Shown: piece by piece, positions 47,970 to 57,973 of the stretch | Layout: each line of letters begins with the position of its first letter | Position numbering within the stretch: the first letter of the stretch is position 1 | NCBI GenBank assembly: GCA_041389045.1 | Contig: JAWKSQ010000001.1 | Span: forward strand, 203,063 to 267,062 | Source: Minisyncoccota bacterium | GTDB taxonomy: Bacteria; Patescibacteriota; Minisyncoccia; Phycocordibacterales; UBA918 | DNA length: 64,000 nucleotides | Direction of reading: 5' to 3' | Made by a program: the position numbers and the translations under genes | Notes under the pieces: model-generated | The model's input: only the letters and a program-made list of their open reading frames with translations | The model's database searches: none | Told to the model about the DNA's origin: nothing

Positions 47970-49094
47970 ATGCAAAGAGTTTTGCGGTCTTTATTCTCTG
48001 GTTTTGATGGTGTGCTCTTTGGCGCGATTTTTTGTCTGTCGATTTTTGGTTTGGCTACCATGTATTCTCATGTCGGAGAGAATACATTTTTTAATCAACA
48101 ATTAGTCTGGCTAGGAGTATCTTTGGTAGTCTTCTTTTTGGTGATGATACCCGACTATCGTTTTTTACGAACTGGCAACTACGCTTTTTACGCTTATTTG
48201 GTCACGATAGTTCTCTTGATACTGACCTTTTTTTTCGCGGAAGAAATATTGGGAGCCAGACAGCGCTTTGACTTCGGTTTCTTTTCACTACAGGTTTCTG
48301 ATCCGGCCAAACTAATATTGGTCGCGGTGCTGGCCAAATATTTTGCCAAGCGCCATGAACTCATCGGTGACTTTAGACACATTATCATTTCTGGTCTGTA
48401 TACTTTAGTGATGTTCGGTTTGGTCTTTTTGCAACCAGACTTTGGAACAGCAATGATTCTTTTTTCGATTTGGTTCGGGATGGTTTTGGTGGCTGGGATT
48501 AAGTTTAGGCACCTAGCCGTTGTATTTTTTATTGGTTTAATGGCCTTTGGTGGTTTGTGGCAATTTGCGTTTCAAGATTATCAGAAGGAACGTATTGCCA
48601 CCTTTCTGGATCCACTCTCAGACATTCAGGGGGCTGGGTATAATGCCTACCAGTCAACAGTGGCGGTGGGTTCGGGCGAAATCTTCGGTAAGGGTATTGG
48701 TTACGGGACGCAGTCCAAGTTACTTTTCTTACCCGAGTATGAGACAGACTTTATTTTTGCTGCTTTTGCTGAAGAGTGGGGAATTGTCGGTGTCATGATC
48801 ATGTTTGTGCTTTTTGGCGTGATGATTGTGAGATTGCTCTATCATGCCACTAACGGACCAAGTAACTTTGAAAGACTATTTGCCACGGGCATTACTATCT
48901 ATTTATTCGCCCACTTTTTTATTCATATTGGTATCAATATTGGACTGCTACCGGTGACCGGTACCACGATTCCTTTTCTTAGTTATGGGGGTTCACACTT
49001 GGTAACAGAATTTGCTTCCATCGGCATGGTGTTGGCTATGTGTCGCAATAAGCCAGAAAAAATCCTTAACACTGATGATTTGTTTGCTAGTTAA
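47970..49094 (+). CDS. SEDS-family peptidoglycan glycosyltransferase (FtsW/RodA)
   Basis: 374 aa with about 10 TM segments, ..QPDFGTAMIL.. and ..LPVTGTTIPFLSYGGSH... Confidence 0.88.
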   Translation: MQRVLRSLFSGFDGVLFGAIFCLSIFGLATMYSHVGENTFFNQQLVWLGVSLVVFFLVMIPDYRFLRTGNYAFYAYLVTIVLLILTFFFAEEILGARQRFDFGFFSLQVSDPAKLILVAVLAKYFAKRHELIGDFRHIIISGLYTLVMFGLVFLQPDFGTAMILFSIWFGMVLVAGIKFRHLAVVFFIGLMAFGGLWQFAFQDYQKERIATFLDPLSDIQGAGYNAYQSTVAVGSGEIFGKGIGYGTQSKLLFLPEYETDFIFAAFAEEWGIVGVMIMFVLFGVMIVRLLYHATNGPSNFERLFATGITIYLFAHFFIHIGINIGLLPVTGTTIPFLSYGGSHLVTEFASIGMVLAMCRNKPEKILNTDDLFAS

Positions 49095-50235
49095 GAGTGT
49101 ATAGCGCTTCGGTCGCTTCAACCATTTTAGTAAGCGAACGCGTTTGCATTTTTTCTTGGAGAGCTTGGCCAAACTTTGAGCGAAGGGTTGGGTCGTCAAT
49201 CAGTCTCTGTAAAGCTCTAGTAATAGCTTCAGTATCATCAACTGGGACAATTAGTCCAGTTTCATTGTCGTCGACTATTTCTGGTAAGCCTCCAGCATTA
49301 GTGACAACTACCGCTCGTCCCGCTAATCCCGCTTCATGTGCCACGTAGCCATAAGCTTCTGACTTAGAAGTGAGGGCAAAGATATCGAAAGCTTTAAGAA
49401 AACGTGCCGCCTCATTTATAGCGCCCACTAGAAACACATTTTGACCAAGCTTATTTTCCAAAATAAAGTTTTCGAGCTTAGTCCGCTCCGTACCTTCGCC
49501 AATGAGAAAGAATTTAAATTTATGTCCGGCGTCTAATAATTGTTTAACACTTGAGAGGAGTACCAGCTGACGTTTGATTGGATGAAGTTCAGCGATACTA
49601 CCTAACCAAAGTTCACCCGGAGTACTTTTTTCACTGAGTTTCACAATGTTTAAAATATTTTCTCTAGCTTCGGTTTTGTCATACATCGCGCCAATTGTTC
49701 GGCCAAGATAGAGGACTTTAGCTTTCTTTTCTATCCCGGGTAAGTTTAGTTGGGCGAGTAGGGCTTTTGATACCGCAATGGTGCGGTGAGAAAACATTAC
49801 GGTGAGCCAATGCAAAAAGTAGATAATGATTTTTTGCCACCCCGGACGGTCTTCATTGAAGGCCCAGCCGTGAGCGGTAAAGATAACTTTCGGTACTCGG
49901 TGTAAGCGTCCAAGGAAGGTGCCAACGCCACCAGCCTTTGAGCTATTGACGTGTAGGATATCTGGTCGTTCGTTGCGCAATATTCTTGATAATTCCATGA
50001 CAAATTGCCATTCGCGTTTAAGTGAAATATCGCGTACGAGAGTCTTTAGCTGGATCACCCTAATACCGGCGTGCTCGAGCATTTGCGCCAGTTCGCCACT
50101 GCCACCAAGCGCTACGACTACTTCAAACTGCTCTTTATTTAACCTGGTAGCTAGGTCATAAACATAACGTTGTGCTCCGCCCCAATTGGATTTGGTAATG
50201 AGAAATAAGACTTTTTTGCGGTTAGGGTTTAACAT
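49087..50235 (-). CDS. glycosyltransferase, GT4 (group 1) family
   Basis: 382 aa with an N-terminal GGAQRY pattern and C-terminal ..SEAYGYVAHEAGLAGRAVVVTNAGGLPEIV.. (E-x7-E region). Confidence 0.85.
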   Translation of the reverse strand: MLNPNRKKVLFLITKSNWGGAQRYVYDLATRLNKEQFEVVVALGGSGELAQMLEHAGIRVIQLKTLVRDISLKREWQFVMELSRILRNERPDILHVNSSKAGGVGTFLGRLHRVPKVIFTAHGWAFNEDRPGWQKIIIYFLHWLTVMFSHRTIAVSKALLAQLNLPGIEKKAKVLYLGRTIGAMYDKTEARENILNIVKLSEKSTPGELWLGSIAELHPIKRQLVLLSSVKQLLDAGHKFKFFLIGEGTERTKLENFILENKLGQNVFLVGAINEAARFLKAFDIFALTSKSEAYGYVAHEAGLAGRAVVVTNAGGLPEIVDDNETGLIVPVDDTEAITRALQRLIDDPTLRSKFGQALQEKMQTRSLTKMVEATEALYTLN

Positions 50236-50363
50236 GGACTAATATTTAATGTGGAAATGGTGGCTTACTTTACCTCTAGAATATACTACTTTTACGGCTC
50301 TGGCTAAGGTTTGCACCTTGCGGTTTTGGCTGACTTAGGTACGATAGCTAGTATTCAACTACT

Positions 50364-51754
50364 ATGGGAGAGAGAGTCCGGGAATTAACATGGCTGATAA
50401 TTGGTGACATCATCTTTTTTGTTATTGCTCTTTGGCTGACTTTGTTTTTCAGATATTTAGAGTTTCCTAGTAGTGAGCGTTTTGGTGCTCATCTTGGACC
50501 TTTTCTAACCATCTCAACGGTTTGGCTGTTTATTTTTTACATTGCCGGTCTTTATGACAAACAGACGCTTTTCCTGAAGTCACTATTATTTACACGCATC
50601 CTAAATACTTTAGTGGCAAATGGTATTGTTGCTTCGATTCTGTTTTTGATAATTCCGTTTGGTATTGCCCCTAAGACCAATCTAGTGATTTACCTTTTAG
50701 TCTCAGTGGTTCTCTTTACTTGGTGGCGCATGTATCTCTACCGCTATATCGCACCTAAGATTGAGCACCGAGCCCTGCTTTTGGCGGATGGTCCGGAAGC
50801 AATAGAGCTAGTTGATGAAATCAACAACAACAATCGCTACACTTACTCATTCATTAGAATTATTGATGAAGCTACGGCTGCTAAAACCGAGGACTTTGAA
50901 ACTAAGTTACTACAGTTAATCGAGCGAGAACGGATTCAGATTATTGTGGCTAATCCTAATGGTAAGTACATCACCCAAGTTTTGCCAAAACTTTTTGACC
51001 TAGCTTTCATTAAATTTGAGCTCACCTTCCTTGATTTTTATAAAGTGTACGAAGACACCTTTGACCGGGTACCGCTTTCGGCTCTGCGCTACGAATGGTT
51101 TATTGCTCATGTGTCGCAAAGTAAAAGTCCGATTTATGATACGACCAAGCGACTGATTGATATTGTCGGTTCAATCATTCTCGGTTTAGTTTTTGCTCTG
51201 ATGCTACCGTTTATTTATTTAGCGATGCGGATAGAAGGGAAGGGTGATTTGTTTATTTCGCAAGAACGAATCGGTCAGTTCAATAAACCGGTGACGGTTT
51301 ATAAAATTCGTACCATGACTGAGAATCGTAGTTCTAGTGCTACTTGGACCAACGAAGACGCTAAGGAAGGCAATGTCATTACTAAGGTTGGGGCGGTTTT
51401 GCGTAAGCTAAGTATCGATGAAATACCGCAGATTTGGACAATTCTTAAAGGTGAGATGTCACTCATTGGTCCACGCAATGACATTAAAGGCTTAGGTGAG
51501 AGACTGGCGTCTGAGATCCCTATTACAATATCCGTAACTTTGTTAAGCCAGGTGTCACTGGTTGGGCGCAGACCTACCAACATTACATGGGAGACAACAT
51601 TAGTCCGCAGTCACTGGAAGAATCAAAACTGCGACTGGCTTACGATTTGTATTATGTAAAAAATCGTTCTATTTTGCTGGATGTTACTATTGCTCTTAGA
51701 ACACTGAAGACTTTACTTTCGCGTTTTGGTGTAACCATTCGCCTCAATCGTTAG
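50364..51754 (+). CDS. polyprenyl-phosphate sugar phosphotransferase (bacterial sugar transferase, WbaP/EpsL-like), C-terminus displaced by one single-base deletion
   Basis: ..KRLIDIVGS.., ..IYKIRTM.., ..LSIDEIPQIWTILKGEMSLIGPR... After about 51518-51520 (ccc) the conserved ..YYNIRNFVKPGVTGWAQ..YDLYYVKNRSILLDV.. continues in the -1 frame to the TAG at 51752-51754. Confidence 0.85.
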
Positions 51755-51771
51755 TTTGATACAATACAAAT

Positions 51772-52866
51772 ATGAATGATAACAAAAGAACTATTTTTAT
51801 TACCGGTGGGGCAGGCTATGTCGGTGAAATGCTTTGCCACCAATTTTCTAAACGGGAAGATGTAGCGAAGATTATTACCTTAGACAAAGAAGAGCAGTCA
51901 GATTTTTCGAAGCAGATTCCGAAGCTAGTTTATATCAAGCAAAATATGGCCGATGTTGGCTGGCAAACAGAGGTGGCTAAGCACGCTCCAGACACCGTCA
52001 TTCATACCGCTTGGCAGATCAGGGCAATGTACGGCAATCCCGCCGAACAGTGGCGCTGGAATGTTGATGGTTCTAAGGCGATTTTTGACTTTGCTTTCGC
52101 CAATCCTTTTGTAAAACGATTGGTATATTTTTCTACCGCTTCTTCTTACGCTGCTTATCCAACTAATAGTCTTGATCATTTCTATACCGAGGAAGAAGGT
52201 TTCCGTGAAGACGCCTATATTTATGCTAAGGAAAAAAAAGTAGTTGAAGAAAGTCTTAAGACTATTTATGACGAGGCGGTAGTCAAAGGTTCTTATGCTC
52301 CAAAAGTGACGGTGATTAGACCAGCGGCTATCACCGGGCCACGTGGGCGCTACATGCGTATTCGCTTTGGTCTGCAGTCAGCCCTTCAAGGCAATTTGAA
52401 AGGCAATCCTATTTATAAGGTAGTAACTCTGCTGACTGCCTTTGTGCCGGCGACTAAGACTTGGGTTAGGCAGTTTATCCACGAAGATGATATTACTGAC
52501 GCAGTAGCGCACTTTACCTTTGCTCCAATCGATTGGAACTATGAGGTCTTCAACGGTACCCCAACTGGTGAGCCAGTTTACGCCAAAGATATGGCTCAGG
52601 CGGTTGGAAAGAAAATTCTCCCAATCTATCCATGGATGGCCCGCATCGCTTTCTTCTTTTTCTGGCACGCTACACGAGGGAAGGTCCCAACCTGTCCTGG
52701 TAGTTGGCGATTCTATTCTTATCCAGTGCTGATGAGCGGAGAGAAATTAGCTCGAGTTTATCACTGTCAGTACAACTCCAAAGACGCTTTTAAGTTTACT
52801 GATGGTCGTTATGAAGAATTTATTCCTGCGGAAAAGCGTTTGTCGAAAAGCGAAGTAGGGCTCTAA
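51772..52866 (+). CDS. NAD-dependent epimerase/dehydratase family protein
   Basis: ..IFITGGAGYVGEML.. Rossmann motif and ..YIYAKEK.. (YxxxK). Confidence 0.8.
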   Translation: MNDNKRTIFITGGAGYVGEMLCHQFSKREDVAKIITLDKEEQSDFSKQIPKLVYIKQNMADVGWQTEVAKHAPDTVIHTAWQIRAMYGNPAEQWRWNVDGSKAIFDFAFANPFVKRLVYFSTASSYAAYPTNSLDHFYTEEEGFREDAYIYAKEKKVVEESLKTIYDEAVVKGSYAPKVTVIRPAAITGPRGRYMRIRFGLQSALQGNLKGNPIYKVVTLLTAFVPATKTWVRQFIHEDDITDAVAHFTFAPIDWNYEVFNGTPTGEPVYAKDMAQAVGKKILPIYPWMARIAFFFFWHATRGKVPTCPGSWRFYSYPVLMSGEKLARVYHCQYNSKDAFKFTDGRYEEFIPAEKRLSKSEVGL

Positions 52867-52892
52867 GTTTTTAATTTTGTTATACTGCCGAC

Positions 52893-53699
52893 ATGGAAAT
52901 AGTTGATGGTCGTAGATTGGCCGAGAAAATTAAGCAGCAAGTAGCTGAGGAAATATCTAAACTTAGTGTTAAACCTAAGTTGGGAATTTTGGCTTGCAAC
53001 CCCAATCGGGAAACCAAAGCATACCTAGATTTAAAGCAAAAAATCGCTAAGAGTCTCGGAGTGGAAGTAGTATTGCAGGTGCTTGAGGCTGACTCCGATA
53101 CAGATATGGTAATACGACAGGTTAATCATCTGGTTAGTGCGTGTGATGGCGTGATTGTGCAGTTGCCGTTACCGGTTCATGTCGACACGAGTGAGGTACT
53201 AAAGCAGGTGCCAAAAAATAAAGATGTTGACGCTTTTTATTATCAAGGTGGAGAAACAACTGTCCTGCCACCAGTAGTGGGGGCGATTGATGCTATTTCT
53301 AGTGAGTATGGTACCGATTGGGTTGGTAAGAGGGTGGTTATTTTTGGAGCTGGTAGACTAGTCGGTCTGCCAGCTAGTTTCTACGCCAAGACTAAGGGTG
53401 CCCAGGTACAGGTGATTGATAAGGGGCATAATGAAAGCGAGGTGAAGATGGCGACTGCGTCCGCTGACATCATAATCTTGGGTGCTGGACAGCCAAACTT
53501 GTTAACGCCTGACTTAGTGAAGCCGGGGGCAGTAGTGTTTGATGCTGGGGCTTCGGAAGACGGCGGACTTTTGGTAGGTGATGCCCATAAGGATGTGGCC
53601 CTAAAAGCTTCATTATTTACTCCGGTACCAGGTGGAATTGGTCCGATTACTATAGCGATTTTGTTTCGCAATCTTTTAAACCTCAAGTCAAGTCAATAG
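52893..53699 (+). CDS. folD: bifunctional methylenetetrahydrofolate dehydrogenase/cyclohydrolase
   Basis: ..VQLPLP.., ..VVIFGAGRLVGLP.. and ..TPVPGGIGPITIA... Confidence 0.9.
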   Translation: MEIVDGRRLAEKIKQQVAEEISKLSVKPKLGILACNPNRETKAYLDLKQKIAKSLGVEVVLQVLEADSDTDMVIRQVNHLVSACDGVIVQLPLPVHVDTSEVLKQVPKNKDVDAFYYQGGETTVLPPVVGAIDAISSEYGTDWVGKRVVIFGAGRLVGLPASFYAKTKGAQVQVIDKGHNESEVKMATASADIIILGAGQPNLLTPDLVKPGAVVFDAGASEDGGLLVGDAHKDVALKASLFTPVPGGIGPITIAILFRNLLNLKSSQ

Positions 53700-53747
53700 A
53701 ATTAAGGGCTTTTTTGTGCTATAACACTGCCATAATTTGTAATTTTT

Positions 53748-55175
53748 ATGTCAGATAAGTCAGCGGTAAATTCTGGGTCTGAAACTTTTTTAAGATTTTT
53801 TAGAGCCTTTGTCACATTAGGAGTTATTGGCTATTTAGCTTTTTCGATTTACAACAACGTTGTGGATGAAAATGCTAAGCATCCTTTCAAGCTTGGTTTG
53901 GATCTTGCTGGGGGTTCGCATTTAGTTTATGAAGCAGATGTTTCTAACGTTGATCCAATCGAGGTGTCTGAGCTCATGAACGTTCTGAGGGATGTTATTG
54001 AAAGACGAATTAACACTTTCGGAGTATCTGAACCAATTGTCTATGTGGAGAGTAGTAGTTTTGTTAGTGAAGAAAAGAGAGAACGACTAGTTATCGAACT
54101 ACCTGGTATCACTGATGTCGGGGAAGCGGTAGCTGAGATCGGTCGTACACCACTACTTGAATTTAAATTAATCGATCGCGAAAAGGCAGTCGCTCAAGAA
54201 GATTTATACGCTAAGTTTGAATCTGGAGAGATTGACGATATAGAAAATTTCACCAGCCTGATGTCGGCTGTTGGGGACCCTTATATCGACACGGGACTAA
54301 CTGGTCGCTATCTGGAAACGGCTAAACTTGAATTTACTTCAGGTCAAGGCGGACAAATGGCTAACGAGCCAATCGTGTCCATCAAATTTAATGCCGAAGG
54401 AGGCGATTTATTTGCCAGTATCACCAGAGAAAATGTGGGAGAACAGTTGGCTATCTTCCTTGACGGGGAAATTATTTCCGCTCCCCGGATCAATGAAGCG
54501 ATTACCGGTGGGACAGCCATTGTCTCAGGTGGTTTTACACCAGAGGAGGCAAGAGAGTTGGCAAAAAACCTCAGTTTCGGTGCCTTACCGCTTCCTATCT
54601 CACTAGCTAGTACTCAGACTGTCGGTTCAACTCTTGGTCAGGAAGTGTTAGATAAAGGTGTGACAGCTGGGTTGATTGGTCTTAGCTTGGTAGTGCTTTT
54701 TATGGTTCTTTGGTATCGCTTACCAGGGCTTATCTCTGGTCTGGCTTTGGTAGGTTACATTGTTCTAGTACTAGCTCTTTTCCAACTCATTCCGGTTACC
54801 ATCACAGCCGCTGGTTTGGCAGGACTCATTATCTCTATCGGTATGGCGGTTGACGCTAACGTGCTCGTCTTTGAGCGTATGAAAGAGGAGCTCCTAGCTG
54901 GTAAAGGTACACATGAAGCAGCTAAGGAAGGTTTCTCACGGGCTTGGGGAGCTATCCGTGACGGTAACGTGACCAGTATTCTTTCGGCAGTGATTCTCTT
55001 TTGGTTTGGTACTTCAATGGTAAAAGGGTTTGCGTTAGTATTCGGTATTGGTGTGATTGCTTCAATGATTTCAGCTATTGTGATTACCAGAACTTTACTA
55101 ATGGCGATACCAGATGTGAAGAAAGACAGTAGCAAGTTTTGGTCATTCTTATTAAGTAGTGGTTTTTCTAAATAA
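53748..55175 (+). CDS. secD: protein translocase subunit SecD
   Basis: ..LGLDLAGGSHLVYE.. and a C-terminal 6-TM domain ..GLAGLIISIGMAVDANVLVFERMKEE... Confidence 0.92.
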   Translation: MSDKSAVNSGSETFLRFFRAFVTLGVIGYLAFSIYNNVVDENAKHPFKLGLDLAGGSHLVYEADVSNVDPIEVSELMNVLRDVIERRINTFGVSEPIVYVESSSFVSEEKRERLVIELPGITDVGEAVAEIGRTPLLEFKLIDREKAVAQEDLYAKFESGEIDDIENFTSLMSAVGDPYIDTGLTGRYLETAKLEFTSGQGGQMANEPIVSIKFNAEGGDLFASITRENVGEQLAIFLDGEIISAPRINEAITGGTAIVSGGFTPEEARELAKNLSFGALPLPISLASTQTVGSTLGQEVLDKGVTAGLIGLSLVVLFMVLWYRLPGLISGLALVGYIVLVLALFQLIPVTITAAGLAGLIISIGMAVDANVLVFERMKEELLAGKGTHEAAKEGFSRAWGAIRDGNVTSILSAVILFWFGTSMVKGFALVFGIGVIASMISAIVITRTLLMAIPDVKKDSSKFWSFLLSSGFSK

Positions 55176-55180
55176 CTCGT

Positions 55181-56158
55181 ATGTTTGTAATCTTGTATCG
55201 TAAAGTATTTCTCTACATCACGGCTTTCATTGTGGTAGGAGGATTGCTAGCCTTGTTTGGCTATGGTCTTAAGCCAAGTATTGATTTTACCGGTGGGTCT
55301 TTGACCGAGGTCTCATACAACACTACGTTACCAGAGAAGTCCTTAGTGGAAGAAAAGATTTCTGAACTTGATTTAGGCGGTTTCAGTGTACGAGAGTCAC
55401 AGGATGACGGCGGGAGAGATGGCTACCTGATTCGGACTCGTGATCTAACAGATGAGGAAAGGGAGGTCTTGTCAGCCCTAGTGACTGAAATAGGTGAAGG
55501 TGGCGAGGTTACTCGCTTTACTTCGATTGGTCCAGTAATCGGACAAGAACTGAGAGATAAAGCAGTTTGGGCGATTGCTGGGGTGTCCATCATTATCATG
55601 CTCTACGTCGCTTTTGCTTTTGCTGGTATTGGCTACCCGGTTAGCTCGTGGGTGTATGCTTCTATCACTATCTTTATTCTTATTCACGATGTATTGGTGC
55701 CGGCTGCTCTGGTCAGTATCTTAGGTCACTTTGTTGGCATGGAAGCTGATGTGCTTTTTGTAATGGCACTGTTGGCGGTACTTGGTTACTCAGTTAATGA
55801 TACGATTGTGGTTTTTGACCGCGTACGAGAAAATCTGAAGCTTAATCGAATAGAGAAAAAGACTAAACGCAATGAGGCTGGGATAATTAGAGAAGATATT
55901 ACTTATACTTTGACCAAGCCCTATGAAGAAATAGTTGGTTCAGCTGTAACTCAATCGATGGCTCGTTCAATCAATACTTCACTCACTACACTCTTAACTT
56001 TAATTGCTCTTTATATCATTGGTGGAGCTGCTACTCAGACTTTTGCGCTCGTCCTGATTGCGGGCGTGGTCGCTGGTACTTATTCGTCTATCTGTATTGC
56101 TACGCCAATGCTCGTGACTTACGCTAAGTGGCAGGAGAGTAAGAAGTCTGTAAGTTAA
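55181..56158 (+). CDS. secF: protein translocase subunit SecF
   Basis: ..GLKPSIDFTGGS.. and ..LGYSVNDTIVVFDRVREN... Confidence 0.92.
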   Translation: MFVILYRKVFLYITAFIVVGGLLALFGYGLKPSIDFTGGSLTEVSYNTTLPEKSLVEEKISELDLGGFSVRESQDDGGRDGYLIRTRDLTDEEREVLSALVTEIGEGGEVTRFTSIGPVIGQELRDKAVWAIAGVSIIIMLYVAFAFAGIGYPVSSWVYASITIFILIHDVLVPAALVSILGHFVGMEADVLFVMALLAVLGYSVNDTIVVFDRVRENLKLNRIEKKTKRNEAGIIREDITYTLTKPYEEIVGSAVTQSMARSINTSLTTLLTLIALYIIGGAATQTFALVLIAGVVAGTYSSICIATPMLVTYAKWQESKKSVS

Positions 56159-56210
56159 AGAGAGATTAGCATTTTATCAGTTAATCTGTAGTTTTAAATA
56201 GAGTTTGTTC

Positions 56211-56348
56211 GTCCAGCGATTTTCCTTAGAATAGAAAATCTTGGCAGGATGTATATGCTATTTTCTCCCTGTGGGGTCGAAACTAGCGTTACATATGTAT
56301 AAGTAAAATATAGTCAAAGTCTTACTTTTCCTTATTTTACTTAACATA
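56211..56348 (+). ncRNA. copy 2 of the ~137-nt three-hairpin repeated element
   Basis: See 46172-46308. This copy lies immediately downstream of secF and about 215 nt upstream of the kinase gene. Confidence 0.6.
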
Positions 56349-56385
56349 AATTCAATATAATCACTACGGTCATTATTTCATTTAC

Positions 56386-56425
56386 GATAATCGGTATCGT
56401 CGGTTCACTAGGAGGAGGAAAGGGT
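56386..56425 (+). repeat. upstream copy of a 40-nt perfect direct repeat (pseudo 5' end of the kinase gene)
   Basis: gataatcggtatcgtcggttcactaggaggaggaaagggt is identical to 56567-56606. Here the codon preceding it is ACG instead of ATG. Confidence 0.9.
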
Positions 56426-56564
56426 GAGACAGTCTGGGAGACTGTTGCAAGACCTTGCCAGTAACTTTACGAATACTTGAAGTAAAGTAGCGACAAGGTG
56501 TACAGTGTCTGTAAGGCACCCGGACCCGGTTTAATTTTATTCAGTAACTTAATTTTATTTGTTT

Positions 56565-57126
56565 ATGATAATCGGTATCGTCGGTTCACTAGGAGGAGGA
56601 AAGGGTACGGTCGTTGAGTATCTTCTCAGTAAAGGTAATTTCTCACACTATTCTAGTAGTGATTTATTAATCAAGATTCTGGAAGAAAGAGGCGAAACGG
56701 TAGATAGAGACGGCATGAATCGTGTAGCTAACGAGCTCAGGGCACAGAATCCTGCCGGTGTACCAGCCGAAAATTATAAAGTTTATGAAGCTAATGACGG
56801 TACTTCTGATGCTATTTTTGAATCACTACATTCTGTTCCAGAGGTAGAATTTATTAAATCAGTCGGAGGAGTTGTGATTGGGGTAACGGCAGATTCAAAT
56901 ATACGCTATGACAGAATCCTTAAGCGAGGGAGTGTAAAAGATGGGGTGACTAAGGAGAAGTTTATAGATCAACAAAAAAAGGGAAGAGGCTGGCTCTGAT
57001 GATCCAAATAAAAGTAATATTTTTAGTGCGCTTAAGGAGGCTGATTTTTTGATTGAGAACAATGGTACTTTAGAGAATTTACACGCTCAAGTAGATAAGA
57101 TACTGGAAGAATTAAATCAGATTTAA
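56565..57126 (+). CDS. P-loop nucleotide kinase (dephospho-CoA kinase / dNMP kinase-like), one indel near 56974-56983
   Basis: MIIGIVGSLGGGKGTV.. Walker A. After the a7g3 run, the sequence ..EEAGSDDPNKSNIFSALKEADFLIENNGTLENLHAQVDKILEELNQI continues in the +1 frame to the TAA at 57124-57126. Confidence 0.7.
56567..56606 (+). repeat. downstream copy of the 40-nt direct repeat (true 5' end of the kinase gene, P-loop codons)
   Basis: It encodes IIGIVGSLGGGKG of the CDS starting at 56565. Confidence 0.9.
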
Positions 57127-57131
57127 TAGAC

Positions 57132-57178
57132 ACTAAACCAAAGAACCGCGAGCTTTGCTCGCGGTTCTTTGGTTTAGT
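57132..57178. terminator. 22-bp-stem bidirectional terminator
   Basis: actaaaccaaagaaccgcgagc ttt gctcgcggttctttggtttagt lies between convergent genes. Confidence 0.85.
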
Positions 57179-57208
57179 GGTGACTATACTCACCACTTAT
57201 TTCTAAAT

Positions 57209-57931
57209 TTAACCATGAATCCTGGTCCCGATAAAATCTTCGTCGTGTAAATAGTGCTTCAGTTCATCAAGACGGTTACCGTTTATTTGGGCGACTTCGA
57301 TACCGAGTCTCTCAGCTTCCTTGGCGGCAACAGGATCAAAGGGGGAAGAAAGCCCCGGGTCCCATTTGTCGGGAATAAGCTTTCTAAATTCACTCCAAAC
57401 AATGTCTTCTATTTTTTCAGCCTCAGGATTGGTTTTCGGATTGTCTGTATAGACGTAGTCGGTATTAGAGAGATTGATGACTTTCTTAGCCTTAACGCGG
57501 TCGGCTATTTGTATTGCTCTGAGGTCGGTCGAAGACCCGGGGCGATATCCCGCTGCTACAACGAGGACTTCTGAAGTGGGAATGTCCAAAACATCGTCAG
57601 GGTTGGTGACCATGACGCGGTAAGCCAGGTCACGGAAGATGGTCAGTAGTAAGTGACCGTTAAGTCGGGTGGCGTGTAGTCCTAGCCAGTCTAGGTCTTC
57701 ACTGCGCAAGGTGCTAACACTACCGGCGGCATCTTGGTAACGGCGGGCAGTTTTACCGCCACCAGCAATGATAATAAAACGACGGCCACTGGCCGTTTCA
57801 CTAGTAATAAATTCTTTAAGTTCTGACAAAAATGTTGTATCGATTTGATCTGGCACAATCAGTGATCCTCCGACAGAGACGACAATGGTTTCGGTTGTAG
57901 ACATAACTTGTGCATTGTACGCATTTTTCAC
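57209..57931 (-). CDS. pyrH: UMP kinase, archaeal-type
   Basis: ..VVSVGGSLIVP.., ..IIIAGGGKTARRY.. and ..GYRPGSSTD.. fit the amino-acid-kinase fold with archaeal PyrH-like spacing. The start may be 57904. Confidence 0.8.
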   Translation of the reverse strand: MKNAYNAQVMSTTETIVVSVGGSLIVPDQIDTTFLSELKEFITSETASGRRFIIIAGGGKTARRYQDAAGSVSTLRSEDLDWLGLHATRLNGHLLLTIFRDLAYRVMVTNPDDVLDIPTSEVLVVAAGYRPGSSTDLRAIQIADRVKAKKVINLSNTDYVYTDNPKTNPEAEKIEDIVWSEFRKLIPDKWDPGLSSPFDPVAAKEAERLGIEVAQINGNRLDELKHYLHDEDFIGTRIHG

Positions 57932-57973
57932 TAATATTTCAAAGTGTTATGCTGTTGGTATAATACTTACATT

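Noticed and set aside
46172-56348. The two ~137-nt repeats as boundaries (att-like direct repeats) of a 10-kb mobile island.
   Set aside because: The enclosed genes are core functions (SEDS protein, folD, secDF, envelope sugar enzymes) with native composition. No integrase or other mobility gene is present.
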